64,000 nt of DNA, from NCBI RefSeq assembly GCF_009914755.1, contig NC_060925.1. One strand, written 5' to 3'. The DNA comes from the human T2T-CHM13v2.0 reference genome, Homo sapiens. The position numbers and the translations under genes are program-made. The notes below the pieces were generated by a model, which worked only from the letters and a program-made list of their open reading frames with translations, made no database searches and was not told the origin of the DNA. Position 1 is the stretch's first letter; each line of letters opens with the position of its first letter. Shown in pieces: positions 20,301-40,618 of the stretch.

Positions 20301-21199
20301 AGCTGTGATCACACTGCTGTACCCCCGCCTGGTGACAGAGTGAGATCCTGTCTCAAAAAAAAAAAAAAAAAAAAAAAGAATGTAGTGAAATAATATATGT
20401 CAAAGCGCTGGAATTATTTTTTCTGGGATCATTAATTTTGCCATAGAACAACCCTGGGAGCATGCTTAGTGAAATTGTCAACATAGAGACATTGTACAGT
20501 TCACCATGCTTTGTTTTTCAGTCCCCAAAAGAAACTAAACATGCTTTGTTTTTCAGTCCCCAAAAGGTTTGCAGTATCAGTTTTCAAATGCATTTATAGA
20601 TCATTCAGAATTCATATTAAAACTACCCTTGATGCTTATTTAAATACTGGACTTTTAATAATAGTTGCTGTGGCCTTTACTAAAAGCATTATAAGTCCTT
20701 AATTATACATTATTTATTAGTATTGGGAATTGGCTGAAAGAAATACCATCCCAGGTCAATTAGATCAACAACTACAGCATATGTCAGACAGTGGTACCAA
20801 AGCATGTCTTTTGGGAAAACAAGGTTTATGTCTAAGATTGAATTAGTTGTAGTAAAGTGGAAATACCTGGAGGTAGTGTTAGGGGAGCCTTTTGAAAAGC
20901 AATTTATTGGGGCTGAGTGCAGTAGCTCATGCCTGTAATCCCAGCACTTTGGGAGGCCACAGTGAGAGGACTGCTTGAGGCCAGCCTGGGCAACATAGTG
21001 AGACCCCATCTGTACAAAAAATTAAAATTAGCCAAGTATGGTGGTGCATACAGTCCTGGCTACTTGGGGGGCTGACATGGAAAGATCCTTTGAACCCAGG
21101 AGTTCAAAAATTCAGTAAGCTATGATCATAACACTGCTCCCTAGCCTGAGTGACAGAGTGAGACTCTGTCTCTTAAAAAAAGAAAACAATTTATTAAAG

Positions 21200-21360
21200 C
21201 AATGATTTTCAAACTTTAGTGTACATCAGGTTTACCTAGAAACTGCTGGGCCCCACTTCCAGCTTCTGATTTGGTACATCTGGGGTAGGGCCTGAGACTT
21301 TGCATTTCTAAGAAATTCCCAGATGCTGTTGCTGCTGTCCAGAGACCATATTTGAGACCC
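21200..21360. mobile_element. MER5A-like hAT MITE (a second copy lies near 32880-33045)
   Basis: tgctgggccccac...ttctgat...tggggtagggcctgaga.tttgcatttctaa motif. Confidence 0.7.
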
Positions 21361-23261
21361 ATGATATTAAACCAATCCAATGTACTGGTAACAGTCTAAA
21401 AGATGGATAGTTTAAAGTGTGGGTGAGATTGTGGGAAAACAGAAACACTGGAGTACTGCTGATGGGAGTGTAATTTGTTATAAACACTTTAGGAAATATC
21501 CTGATAATACCAAATAAAGTTGAAGTCCACCATGGATGGATCTAAGAAAATTTAGAATATAAAAAGCAAATCATAGACTGATAAGTATAATATGATGTCA
21601 TTTATATACATTCTTTAAAAGCATACATAAATCACTATATTATTTGTAGATACATGTATGAAAATGGGAATTAGATTGGAAGGGTACCCATGAAATATGA
21701 TAGTACCAAAACCCCTCAAACCATGAGGAACTATGTCTGAACCAGTGGGAATATTGTGCTTCTAGTCAAGGAATGTGATTGATCATTGTGTTCCTAAGCT
21801 GCTGTCCTACAGAGAGAAAAAATAAATTGATTCCTCTTGACAAATGAGTTCCACAAAGTTGTATGTGTTTTGGGCGGTAGAATTCTTAAACATGCATTCT
21901 TCTCAAATTTTGAGCTGCTTCCTAGCTCCTAATGTCCTGGTTATTTAGTGAATGTCTGTGTTCACTTTATCTGCCCAAGACCAAGACAAAGGGTGGTGCT
22001 GAGGAAGAGCCTTCTCCTGTGAAAGCCGGGCCCCTACCTCACCTCTTCCTGACCCAGCAAAGACACAGATAATCCCATTCTGTTCCCCAGTTTAGTAAGT
22101 GGACATGACTCTCCACTTCTGTGCTTTGTTCTGATGGAAAAGGACTATTTTCTTTCACAGAAAAGACAATTACGGAGCCATATTAATGTGGTTCAAATTC
22201 CATTTCTATCACTCATTAGCTGTTGGATTTCGAACAAGTTTTTTTTTTTTTTTTTTTTTTTTTTTTGAGACAGGGTCTCATTCTGTCACCCAGGCTGGAG
22301 TGCAGGCACGATCATGGCCCACTGCAGCCTCGACATCCCAGGCTCAAGCAATCCTTCTACCTCAGCTCCCCCGAGTAGCTGGGACCACAGAATCATGCCA
22401 CCATAATTGGCTCATTTTTGTATTTCTTGTAGGGACAGGTTTCACCATGTTGTCCAGGCTGGTCTCGAATTCCTGAGCACAAGCAATCTTGCTTTGCCTT
22501 GGCCTCCCAAAGTGCTGGGATTACAGGCATATGCTACCATACCCAGCTGTTTAACCTTTCTAAGTTTAGTTTGTGATTTTGTTGTGGTCTTTTGACAAAA
22601 GGTTTTTTTTTGTTTTGTTTTAGAACAGCTTTATTGAGATAATTCATGTACCATACAATTCATATACCATACAATTCATCCATATATAGTGTACAGACAA
22701 AAATGTTATATTAACCACCTAAATTTAGTATCTCAATGGTTAGTACTCATCTAAATGCATAATTTATGCTAAATGTGAAATAGGTCTATTTTTTAAAAAA
22801 TTATTTTATTTTGTTATTTTATTTTATTTTATTTTATTTTATTTTATTTTATTTTATTTGAGACAGGGTCTCAGTTTATTGCCTTGCTGGAGTGCAGTGT
22901 CACAATCACGGCTCACTGGAGCCTTGACTTCCCAGGCTCAGGCAATCCTGTCACCTCAGTCCCCCAAGTAGCTGGGTCTACAGGTACGCACTATCAGGCC
23001 CAGCTAATTTTTAAATTTTTTGTAGAGATGGGGTCTCAACTCACCTTGTTGCCCAGGCTGGTCTTGAATTCCTGGCCTCAAGCGATGCTTCTGTCTCAGT
23101 CTCCCAAAGTGCTGGGATTACAGGCATGAGCCACCGTACTGGCCTCTTTTGTTTTTTTAATAGAGATGATTATTTTGTCCTTTCTTTCTTTATACCATGC
23201 TTTCTCATATGATAGTTTCTAGTACTGTTCAACTGTGATCAAAGTATGCTTTGTTTTATAG

Positions 23262-23348
23262 CTTATTCTTCTCTTTGGAGGAATACCTTATCTCTGGAGA
23301 CTTTCTGGACGGTTCTGTGGTTATGCTGGCTTTGGACCAGAATATGAG
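23262..23348 (+). CDS. ZMPSTE24: ZMPSTE24 exon 3
   Basis: ttatag / [29 protein letters not shown] / gtatgt; 87 nt. Confidence 0.97.
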
Positions 23349-23894
23349 GTATGTGATTCATTAGCATGTATTTGTCATGGTATTTCTTTTAGCTTGGCAG
23401 GCTTTCCACTAAAGTTAATTTTTTGGCTTCTGCCAATGTTAAGATTTGCCTCTCTGTTTGCGTAGTCCTTGGTTACCCATGCTGTATTGGCATAACATTA
23501 GTTACAATAACAAATCCCAGAATATCACAGGCTTATTTGCAATGGTTTATTTCTCAATCACGTAATAGTCCAGTGTGAGTATTTTTAGTTATCAGGTGAC
23601 TTTCTTCCATGTGGTAAGCCAAGAATCCAGGCTCTTTATCTTAGGGATTTGTCTGTATGATTTAAGGTACCTTTCATATAGTGCCTGTGTAATAAAAAAG
23701 GAATTGTTTTGTTTCTCATTTACTTCTCTCAAAAGTAAACTTTTTTGAAGGCAGGGATGATATTTCAGACCTTATGTTATCCATAGAATCAAGCATATTG
23801 CTTGGGATGTAGTAAGTAAGTGCTCAGCAAATACTTGTTGATTTGTTTGCCAGTAGTTCATAAAAACTGGATTTTTGTTTTTTCTTTTGTTTAG

Positions 23895-24014
<120 letters not shown>

Positions 24015-24168
24015 TAATAAAGAATACAAATGTTCTCTTTTAAATGTGAAAAACTTCTGTGCTTTTGTCCTGTACTGTTTATAATTTAAACATAATTTAC
24101 TATTTCAGAGTATGAATTGAGAAAAAAGGGAACTACAGATATGGTAAAGATCATAGCTGAAAGTCTTG

Positions 24169-24718
<550 letters not shown>

Positions 24719-25366
24719 CTAAAAGCCAGTTGTGGTGGCATGCACCTGAAGTCCCAGCTACTTGGGAGGCTAAAGCAGGAGGATTGCTTGAGCCCAGGAG
24801 GTTGAGGCTACGGTGAGCCATCATTGTGCCACTGTACTCCAACCTGGGCAACAGAGCCAGACCTGTCTCTTAAAAAAAAAAAAGAAATTTATGTTATAAA
24901 CTCCTTTAGCACTAATATCTATTGTTTTTCAGCTACTAATCATTTGTTTGTTTGCGACAGGGTCTCGTTCTGTCACCTAGGCTGGAGTGCAGTGGCAGGA
25001 TCATGGCTCACTGTAGCCACGACCTTCCAGATTCAAGCAATCCTCCCACCTCAGCCTGCCTAGTATCTGGGACTATAGATGAATTATACTACACTGGGTT
25101 AATTTTTTTATTATTATTTTTAGTAGTGACAGGGTCTCACTATGTTGCCCAGGCTGGCCTGGAACTACTGGGCTCAAGCAATCCTCCCATCTAGGCCTTC
25201 CAAAGTGCTGGAATTACAGTTGTGAGCCACTGCACTCGTCCTCAGTTAATAAGGTTTAAATGAATTTTCAGCTGTAAAATGCAAGACATTTACCCATTGT
25301 CTTAAGCTGCCTAATGTCATATAATATAGTTTCACTGCATGTTAATTTTAAAAATTGCTTTAATAA

Positions 25367-25648
<282 letters not shown>

Positions 25649-26009
25649 TGAGATTACTGTAATCTTCATTGGCATGTAAACAGTTCTTAAGAAGCAGCTG
25701 AAATATAAATAGGTGCTTATATACATTTCCCCCTTGGTTTCTGCTTTTGATTGTAGACACAGGAGTATTGACTGACCATAAATTTCCTTCTCCTTATGCT
25801 AACTCTTCAGGTCATAGAAACTAGTTGTTAGTCACTTTTAATGATTCAGTTGTCAGGCAGTTTTGGGTTGTGCATTTGCGAGTTGCCACCAGAATGACTA
25901 AGTGTGATAATTTAATGACTCCTGACTGACCTCCACTGCCTAAAATCATGGTTATTTTGAAGAGAAATGAGATTTAAGAGGGACAAGAGAAAGAAAGCAT
26001 ATACTTAAC

Positions 26010-26262
26010 TGGCTTTCTTCTGCTTCCCTTCCCTTGCCTTTCCCTTCCACGTTAGACACTCTCTCCCTTCTTTGCCCCATCTACTTCCCCTTCCCCTTCT
26101 ATCTTTTACCCATTCTTCTTCCTTTCCTTCTCCTGTCTTCCCTTTTCTCCCCAACTGCCACCTATTCCTGCCTCTCTTCTCCTTTCCTTTTCCCTCTCAC
26201 TCTTTTCCCCCTGATTTTTCCCTCCCTCACATCTCCTATTCCTCTTCTCTTTCCATACTCTC
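26010..26262 (+). repeat. Polypyrimidine (CT-rich) low-complexity tract
   Basis: About 250 nt almost all C/T; source of the spurious Pro/Leu/Phe-rich ORFs. Confidence 0.85.
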
Positions 26263-26311
26263 AAGTGCTTCACAACACAAACACTACAACACAGTCAAAA
26301 TGGTCTGTTCA

Positions 26312-26443
<132 letters not shown>

Positions 26444-27291
26444 TTAAAAAACCCAAATGAAAAAACCCAAAGTGGTCTGTTCAGTGCACCCAGAAATTAT
26501 CATCTATCAGCTCTTCAGCTCCACTGATGAGGTTTATTTTATTTTAGAGATAGGGCCTCCCTGTGTTGCCCAGGCTGGAGTACAGTGGCTATTTCACAGG
26601 CATGATCATAGTGCACTACAGCTTTGAGCTCCTGGGCTCAAGCAGTCCTCCTGCCTTGGCCTCCTGAGTAGCTGGGACTACAGGTGTGTGACACCATGCC
26701 CAAGCTGAGGTTTATTTTAGTCTGAATTACATAATGCTCATTGTTTCATTTTCCATTGATGGGATCAAGATCAGAAAATGGGCGCTAGTTGGATTTACAG
26801 GTATCTATTGTATGGCAAATTAAAGTAAGATGAAAAAGAGCAGAGAAAATGCTCTAAAAATGCTTAAGGAAGTGCTATTTCAACCACATTGTACAATTAT
26901 GAACTACAGGTAATTAATTTTAGCTGATAAGCCAACCAAGTAACAGCACACAATCAAGTTCTACTAATTCTTTTTTGGGAAAGACTTCAGGTCTATTGTG
27001 ATTACGCTAAAAGGTAGAACTGCGTGTTATGATTGACTCATGAAGCATCAGAAATCCCCAAGATAGTTTTGAAAGGACTATACTTATTACCACCTAGAGA
27101 TTTTAATCACTGTTAGTAGCATTATCCTTTAAAATAAAATTCATAAGTTTACTCTGTTATCAGACTACTCATTTCAATTTAATTCATCAGACAGATATTA
27201 TGCTCTTACTATCTGGTACTATTTGGGCCTGGGAATACCAGAGCAAGTAAGTTCCTTGTTCTCAAGTTTGAGGTCAACATAGTTGTTTTAA

Positions 27292-27528
<237 letters not shown>

Positions 27529-28341
27529 TAAGAAAGTTTTATCCAAGTGGTTTGTTTTATTTGATACTTTATTCTTAAAATTTTAATAAAAGAATTAATC
27601 AGTTTTTGTTTTTTTCTTTTTAAAATTTGTTATTTAAAGGCTAGGAGTTTACCTTTTGGCTTTTTAAGATTTACAGAAATTGATAACATAGGCCAGGGAT
27701 AGAAACTGGTGGCTTGATACCAAATCCTGCTCTTGTCTGCAGCTATGTTTGTTTGGTTTTACAGTATTGTTTTAAATTTTTGGCCAAGGCTTTTTCACTC
27801 TCTGTTATGTTATCTTATATATTAGACTGATTTATTCACTTCTGTTATCTGCCTAGTTCTTTTAGGTAGTTAAGTTGGACTCTTGAATAGTCAAATTCTG
27901 TTTAGTATTAGTTTGGAGGCTCTTAAACAAAGCCAGTGTTATTGGCCTTGTCTCCTCCAAGAAAATATCCAGTGTTCTGGAGGACTCACCTGAAGATTGA
28001 TTACCAAAGACTGCAGTACCACTGAGTACTGCAGATTTGTTATACTCTGCTTTTTTGATGATTACTTTTGAGATTTAAGTGGTCTCTTGACCGTTACTCA
28101 AATCTTGACTTCCCATTAACACCCAGTCTATTACTTTCTTTGAGACTTTGGTAGTTGACTATTAAAGTCTCAAAGAAGACTACGGAGATGTAGAGAGAAA
28201 CTGTTGTAAGGTTCTATGACTTTCAGAATTTATAAAGTCCATATAAATGAATGTAATAGTTCTGTTCCTGCCACTTACCAGTTATAGGATCTTGGACAAG
28301 TGACTTCACCCTTCTGGGTTTCAGTTGTATTTCCTCTAAGC

Positions 28342-28560
28342 TATGGTTTCACAAATGTTTTTTGTAAAGGGCTAGATAGTAAATATTTTAGCTTTGCGGG
28401 CCACTTGTTCTCTGTTGCAACTATTCAGTGCTACTATTATAGCGCAAAAGCAGCCATAGACAATACTAAACAAATGAGTGTGGCTGTGTTCCAATAAAAC
28501 TTTATGAAAATAAATGGCAGATTGGATTTGGCCTGTGAGCTACAGTTTGCTGATCCCTGC
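28342..28560. mobile_element. MER58A-like hAT MITE
   Basis: tgtaaagggctagatagtaaatattttagctttgcgggcca...gtggctgtgttccaataaaacttta. Confidence 0.7.
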
Positions 28561-28992
28561 TCTAAAATAAAATATTACCAGTGAGAAGCAGCAGTGTTAG
28601 ATGAAGGAATAGAAGCAGAAACAATCACAGGGTTAGAGGAGAACAGAGATGGTCACAACTGAAAAGAATGAATCAACAGCAACTGGAAGAACATAGAAAT
28701 TTCAGACATCTGGCTGGGCGCTGTGGCTCACGCCTGTAATCCCAGCACTTTGGGAGGCCAAGGCAGGCGGATCACCTGAGGTCAGGCGTTCGAGACCAGC
28801 CTGGCCAACATGGTGAAACCCTGTCTTTACTAAAATACAAAAAATTAGCTGGGCGTGGTGGTGCGTGCCTGTAATCCCAGCTACTTGGGAGGCTGAGGCA
28901 GGAGAATCGCTTGAACCTGGAGGTGGAGGTTGTGGTGAGCCAAGATCAAGCCATTGCACTCTAGCCTGGGCAACAAGAGCCAAATTCTGTCT

Positions 28993-29063
<71 letters not shown>

Positions 29064-29899
29064 AGACATTTAGTGGCTCCTGAGGATATACAGCCCAACT
29101 AAAGGCACGATTGGAGTAGCTTAAAAGTCTGTGGAGAAATGGTAGAATAAGCCAGTTCATACTTACTTCTTTAGCCTCTGAAATAACTACTCTTTTTTTT
29201 TTTAGGTAATATTAAACTAGAAATTTAATCATTAATCAGTACAACAGAATAGTCTCTAAGCTGCTTTTACTGAAGGAGCAACCTAAGTTGCTGATCCCTT
29301 AAGTTACAATCAGATAACGTGAAATAATAGTTAATGCTATGACAGTGGAGGTAGTCAATAGAATATGTGAAATATATCGGTGCTATTTTCTTTTTATCTT
29401 TTTTTTTCCCCCTACAACATCCAGAGTATGAGAGCTATTTTCATTTTAGATAAAATAGTCAGGGAAGGCTTTATGGAAGGTTATGACCTGAGCTGGGTGT
29501 TAATGGGAAGTCAAGATTTGAGTAGGTTGGGGGCAGCATTTCAGACGTCAGGCTTCAGGGTCAAAAGGCTTGGGTTTGAATCATAGCTCTACCACAGATT
29601 ACCAGTGCTGGGCTTGGTGGCTCCAGCCTGTAATCCCATCTACTGGGGAGGCTGAGGTGGAAGGTCAGGAGTTCGAGACAAACTACTTGTGTGACTTTGC
29701 GCAACTTAGCTTTGCCAAACAGCAGTTTACTCACCTATAATGTATGTTTTAATTGTTGTTAACAACAGTAACAATTCTCAAAAATATTTTGAATGAATGA
29801 ATGTTGTTGCTGACAATAACAACACACATTACATATTTGTAAATTGGTAGGGAGATTGTAGTGAAAAGCCAAGAATCTTGCTCTCAAAATATTATCAGA

Positions 29900-31990
<2,091 letters not shown>

Positions 31991-32141
31991 GCTAAGAGAT
32001 TAAGAGGAAGCATTCTAAACAAAAAATGGCAATGCCTTACATTTTTGTAGAATGTTTTTGTTTTTGGAGTTCTCAAATATGTTACTTCATACCTCAAGCG
32101 ATATCATTAATCCATTCAGTAAATAAACATCATTGAATATA

Positions 32142-32520
32142 CAGTCATGCATTGCTTAATAATGGCAATATGTTCTGAGAAATGCGCCATTAGGCTTTTC
32201 GTTGTCATGCAAACACCATTATACTCATACAAACCTAGATGGTGTTACCTACTGCACACCTAGGTTGTATGGTATAGCCTCTTGCTTCTAGACTACAAAC
32301 CTATCTAGCGTGTTACTATACTGAATACTGTAGGCAATTGTAGCATGATGATTAGCATTTGTGTATCTAAACATAGAAAAGATAGTGTGCTCTGCTACAA
32401 CATTACGGTGGCTATGAGGTCACTAGGTGATAGGAATTTTTCAGCTTTATTATAATTTTGTGGGACCACTGTCCTATATGTAGTCTGTTGACCGAAATGT
32501 CATTATGCGGTACATGACTG
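32142..32520. mobile_element. Tigger3a/MER7-like Tc1-mariner MITE
   Basis: TIRs CAGTCATGC...CATGACTG flanked on both sides by TA target duplications (32140-32141, 32521-32522). Confidence 0.8.
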
Positions 32521-33831
32521 TATGCGACATGCCAGGCACAGCGATATAAAAAGCTTACAGTACAGTACAGGGATTCTTTTTTTTTTTTTTTTTTGAGACG
32601 GAATCTTGCTGTGTCACCCAGGCTGGAGTGCAGTGGTGCAATCTTGGCTCACTTCAAGCTCCGCCTCCCGGGTTCACACCATTCTCCTGCCTCAGCCTCC
32701 TGAGTAGCTGGGACTACAGGCGCCCGCCAGCACACCCGGCTAATTTTTTTGTATTTTTAGTAGAGACAAGGTTTCACCGTGTTAGCCAGGATGGTCTCGA
32801 TCTCCTGACCTCATGATCCACCTGCCTCGGCCTCCCAAAGTGCTGGGATTACAGGCATGAGCCACCGCACCCTGCCAGGGATTCTTAAACTTTAGTAAGT
32901 ATAAAAGTCCCTCGAGAGTTTGTTAAAAGACAGATTCCTGGGCTTCATTCCCAGAGATTCTGACTTAGTAGGTGTTTCCAGTATCTACTTCTAACAAGTA
33001 CCCCTAGGTGATTTTGGCGTATTCCTTGGACCACACTTTGAGATACCTGGACCGGTGGGAGATAGTAAGACATTAATTTACTTTTATTTGTGTGCATACA
33101 ATCTGCTTACTTTCATAAATAACTTCAGATAGTGTTTAATAAATATTTTTAAATTAATTAAAAAATTTAGGATTAGCAGCCAGGCGTGGTAGCTCACACC
33201 TGTAATCCTAGCACTTTGGGAGGCCCAGGTAGGCAGATCACCTGAGGTCAGGAGTTCGAGACCAGCCTGGCCAACATGATGAAACCCCGTCTCTACTAAA
33301 AATACAAAAATTAGCTGGGTGTGGTGGCGTGTGCATGTAATCCCAGCTACCCAGGAGGTTGAGGCAGGAGAATCGCTGGAACCCGGGAGGCGGAGGCTGC
33401 AGTGAGCAGAGATCGCACTACTGCCAGCCTAGGCAACAGAGCAAGACTCCATCTCAAAAAAAAAAAAAAAAAAAAAAAAATTTAGGATCAGGAAAGATAG
33501 AGATAGAAGGATACCCTGTGTTCAAAGGGTAACACAGACAAAATAAACAAACATGTTTGGCTCTTCCTGGCAACCAAACCAAAAAGAAATGTAATAATGC
33601 AATAAATAAATAATAGCTTCTATTTGTCAAAGTTTTACTACTAAACATACTGCCTAGTACTTTTCATTAGAAATATGAGTAGATAGAAAATTCATGTTTT
33701 TTGTGAGAGACTTCAAATTCCCAAGAGAAATAAATGTTTATCATTTCTTTTTTGAAAAAAGTATATGAATAACAGTAGTAGTATAAAGATCAGACAGCAT
33801 ATTATTGCTTCACTTAGAATATCTCGTGTAA

Positions 33832-34109
<278 letters not shown>

Positions 34110-34834
34110 CTAACCCAATGAGGTAGATATTAGGCTCGCTTCATAAATAGGAAACTAAAGCTTAAAGAAATTAAGAAAGTTTTCTAAATTGACAGAACTA
34201 ATACATGGCAGAGCCAAGATTTGAACCCAAAGTCTGTGCTCTTAATCACTATACTCAACTCACTGCACATTGTAGGACATTTAGAAATCAAAGAAGTGCA
34301 TAAAGAAGAAAATAAAAATCAACCATAGTTCAGGTACTGTTAGCTGCTATTAAAAATTTAGGTATGGGCCAGCTGTGGTGATTCACACCTGTAATCCCAG
34401 CACTTTGGGATGCCAAGGCAGGAGAATTGCTTGAGCCCAGGAGTTAGAGACCAGCCTGGGCAACATAGCAAGACCCTGTCTCTACAAAAAATTAGCCGGG
34501 CATGGTGGTATGTGTCTGTAGTCCTAGCTACTCAGGAGGATGAGTCAGGAGGATTGATTGAGCTCAGGAGGTCAAGGCTGCAGTGAGCCATGATTATGCC
34601 ATTGCATTGCAGCCTAGACGACAGAGAGACCCTGTCTCAAAAGAAAAAAAGGTATGTCTTCTTCCAGTCTTTATAAAAATTGCTTTAATTATAGAAGTAG
34701 GTATGCTGATTTTAAAAGTCTTTGGGAAAAGAAAGGAAACAAAAATCTATAATTTTAGAATTTAGTGATAAACATTTCAGTATTTTGGTATGTTTCCTAA
34801 TAGGCATGGGCTTATGCTTTTCTGTTAATATTTG

Positions 34835-36431
<1,597 letters not shown>

Positions 36432-36826
36432 TACATGCACATTTTTTCTTGACGATAATGGAACCTGATATACGTGAAGTTTTGTATCCTTCACAATATA
36501 TTGGTGAGCTTTTTCTTGTTAAAATTCTTTGGAAGTATAATTTTTTTCTGGCAGCTTAAAATTCCATTTCATAGTTTTACTATAATTGAATCATTTGTAA
36601 CTGTTGGATGTTTAGGCTTTACTTATTTACTTACTGCTATAAAGCTGTGATGAGCACATTTATTGGCAAAAAACAGACACTCTCCACTGCTGGTGGTGAA
36701 TTATGTTGATATGATTTTTCTTCACATATTAAATGATTTGAAAATGTTAATGTCCTTTCCAGTAATTCAATTTCTAGGAGTCTCTCCAAAGGACCCCAAA
36801 CTTTTTAATTATATTCCATGCTTTGA

Positions 36827-37093
<267 letters not shown>

Positions 37094-38189
37094 TAACATC
37101 AATTTCTAGGCAGTGAGTGTTGAATTCAGGGAGACTATCAGATGAAAACCATGGCTCCTTTATAGTTCTGGTATTTAGGAGAGATCACCACTATTATTAC
37201 ATGCTAACTACCTTGCAAGCTTTTATAGAATGTGGATATTAAAATTGGAAGCTCTTATAAGAAAATTCATATGATTATAAGCTATCTTTAAAACAGGAAC
37301 TTGTGTGTATATATATATATGTGTGTGTATATATATATATAATTTCTTATGTGTTTATGATCAAAGAATTCCCACAAGCAAGATAAAGAGAAGATAAACA
37401 TCTAATTTTTAGCTTTATTAAGACAGTAATTGTAGGCTTTGGCAATGGAGAGACTTGGATTTGAATCCTGGTTCTGTCATTTAGTAGCTTTGTATCCTTG
37501 GATACGTTGTGTAATTTAGTCTGTTTTATTTGTTTAACACCCATTTATGAAATGTATACTCTGTGCTGAGAGACTTTACTTGGCACTAGGTACACAAAAA
37601 TAAAAAGGAATACCTTCCTCTTAAGCTTACAGTCTAAAGGGGAAATAGTCATGCAATCACAGTACAATACGTGAATTGCTACTGTCAAGCTTTAGATTCT
37701 AGATATAGTAACTGGAGCACAAGAAAAGACATTTCTCAAATCTGACCTGAGAGTCTGAGAAAGCTGCTTCTGAATCCTTTTCGTGGATAAGATTGACTGA
37801 TATTGATTAGCAGAATTTAAAGTATCAAGACTAAATGGGGGAGAGGGGACAATGATAAGAAACAATACAAACTGTCAGAAATGATCATCAGTATTTGTAT
37901 GTGTGATGGAATGTGCCATTGCCTTTGGTGTCATACAGAGATGATTTTAGATGCCTGTTCACTCACTGTCTGTGTAACTCTGTGCAAGTAAGTTAAGCTT
38001 TCATTTATTTATGTATTTATTTATTTTGAGATGAGGTCTTGTTATGTTTTCCAGGCTGGTCGAACTGCTGGCCTCAAGTTACCCGCCTGCCTTGGCCTCC
38101 CAAAGTGCTGGGATTATAGGCGTGTGCCACCGCACCCCGCCAAGCTTTCTAAATCTTTGATTTCTTAACTGAAAGATGAGGCCAGTAGG

Positions 38190-38410
38190 GTTTCTCAAGC
38201 CCCACGCTATTTTTTTGAGCCAGATAATTTTTTTGTTGTGGGAGGTATCTTGTGCATCACAGGATGTTTAGCAGCATCCCTGGTCTCTCCCCACTAGGGG
38301 CCATTTCCCCTACAACCTCTACAAATTGTAACAACAAAAATGTCTCAGAATATTGCCAGATGTCCCCTAAAGGTAGCGGTGGGGCCGAGTCTCCCCTGGT
38401 TGAGAAATAC
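38190..38410. mobile_element. MER20-like hAT MITE
   Basis: ggatgtttagcagcatccctggtctct.cccactag...aaaaatgtctcaga.attgcca.atgtcccct...gttgagaa. Confidence 0.75.
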
Positions 38411-39465
38411 TAGGCTAAAGATACCTACATTTTAGGGTTTTGAAGATTAAATGAAATAATATGTGTGAAATACCTTGTACTCTCTACCCAAATGTAGAGA
38501 GTACCAGAAAATGATTAGCATCTGAGCATCTGTTTTGACACTAAAAACAGGTTCTAGTAAAGTACCTAGCCTGTTATAAATATGTAGATGAAATAAAATT
38601 CTGTGAAGGGATTAGAAGACATCTTAAAGTCATCTTATAAATAGGAAAACTGAAGTCCAGAAAGAATAACCCAGTGATAACACTAGAGAATCATGCAAGT
38701 TTAGAAAGTTAATCTGCTTATGGTCAGGCACTGTGGCCCATACCTGTAATCCCAGCACTTTGGAAGGCCAAGACAGGCAGATAACTTGAGGCCAGGAGTT
38801 CGAGACCAGCCTGGCCAACATGACGAAACCCCTGTCTCTACAAAAAAATACAAAAATTAGTTGGGCATGATAGCGCACGCCTGTAATCCCAGTACTCAGG
38901 AGGCTGAGGCACAAGAGTTGCTTGAACCTGGGAGGTGGAGGTTACAGTGAACTGAGATCCTGCCTCTGCACTCCAGCCTGGGTGACAAAGTGAGACCCTG
39001 TCTTAAAAAAAAAAAAAAATTGCTGATCCTTTTGTTACTTTTTTTGTTTTTGTTTTTGTTTGCTTTTCTGGAAGTTTGTTAGATCTTTCTCTGTTTCAGT
39101 GTTCTAAAATTTCACATACCTTGATGGGGATCTGTTTTCATCTACCATGTTATATGCATCACACTGTTTTCATCCACTGTAATATATGCATTAGGCCCTT
39201 TTATTCTGGAAATCGAGGTCCTATGGTTGTAAGAAATTTTCTGAAATTATTTTGTTGATTTTTCTCCTCTCCATTTTTTAAATTCTGTGTTTTCAGGGCT
39301 CCTCTTACTCGAGTGCTGGATTTGTTATACTGAACTCTCCTATCTTTTTAACCCTCTTTTCCATTTTAAATATATCTCTTTCTGCTTTCTAGAATTCCCT
39401 CATCATCTTCCAATCCTTTATTGTATTGAACTTTCTTTCTTTTTTTTTTTTTTTTTGAGATGTAG

Positions 39466-39729
<264 letters not shown>

Positions 39730-40468
39730 TGAGTCACCATGCCTGGCCTTCAGCTTGGATTTCTAATAATTTTTTTATCTGAATTTTCCAATTTACAGCA
39801 TTTCGTTACTTTTTCTTAGGTGCAATGTCTTAATTTTCTAAACTTTCTCTTTATATAATTTATTTCATGTTGCTTTTTTTGTGGATCAGATCTTCTGTGT
39901 TAACAGCTTACCTCATATATCTGGTAAATCCTTGGTTATTTGCTCCTTAGTAAGAGAATGGGACTAGGCCCCACACAGCGGCTCATGCCTGTAATCCCAG
40001 CACTTTGGGAGGCCAAGGCAGGTGGATCACCTGCAGTCAGGAGTTCGAGACCAGCCTGACTCACATGGTGAAACCCTGTCTCTACTAAAAATACAAAAAT
40101 TAGCCGGGTGTGGTGGCATGCGCCTGTAATCCCAGCTACTCAGGAGGCTGAAGCACAAGAATCACTTGAACCCAGGAGGTGGAGGTTGCCGTGAGCCGAG
40201 ATCGTGCCGTTGCACTCCAGCTTGGGCAACAAGAGTGAAACTCCATCTAAAATAAATAATAATAACTACTGTTAACATTTGTATATACTTTCAGTCTACT
40301 TTTTATATTTGTATATTTTTATATACACATTCACATTGTTTCATAATTAGAATCATACTATATATTTTTAGTTTGTGTCTTACTTTCTTCACCTAATCAT
40401 TTTCCAATGTCAAAACATCATCCCTTTTTTTTTTTTTTTTTGAGAGGGAGTCTCACTTTTTCACCTAG

Positions 40469-40618
<150 letters not shown>

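Noticed and set aside
21980-22094. Second possible cryptic exon in intron 2 (cccaag acceptor, TTTA/GTAAGT donor)
   Set aside because: Weak acceptor and poor exonic donor context; not supportable without RNA data
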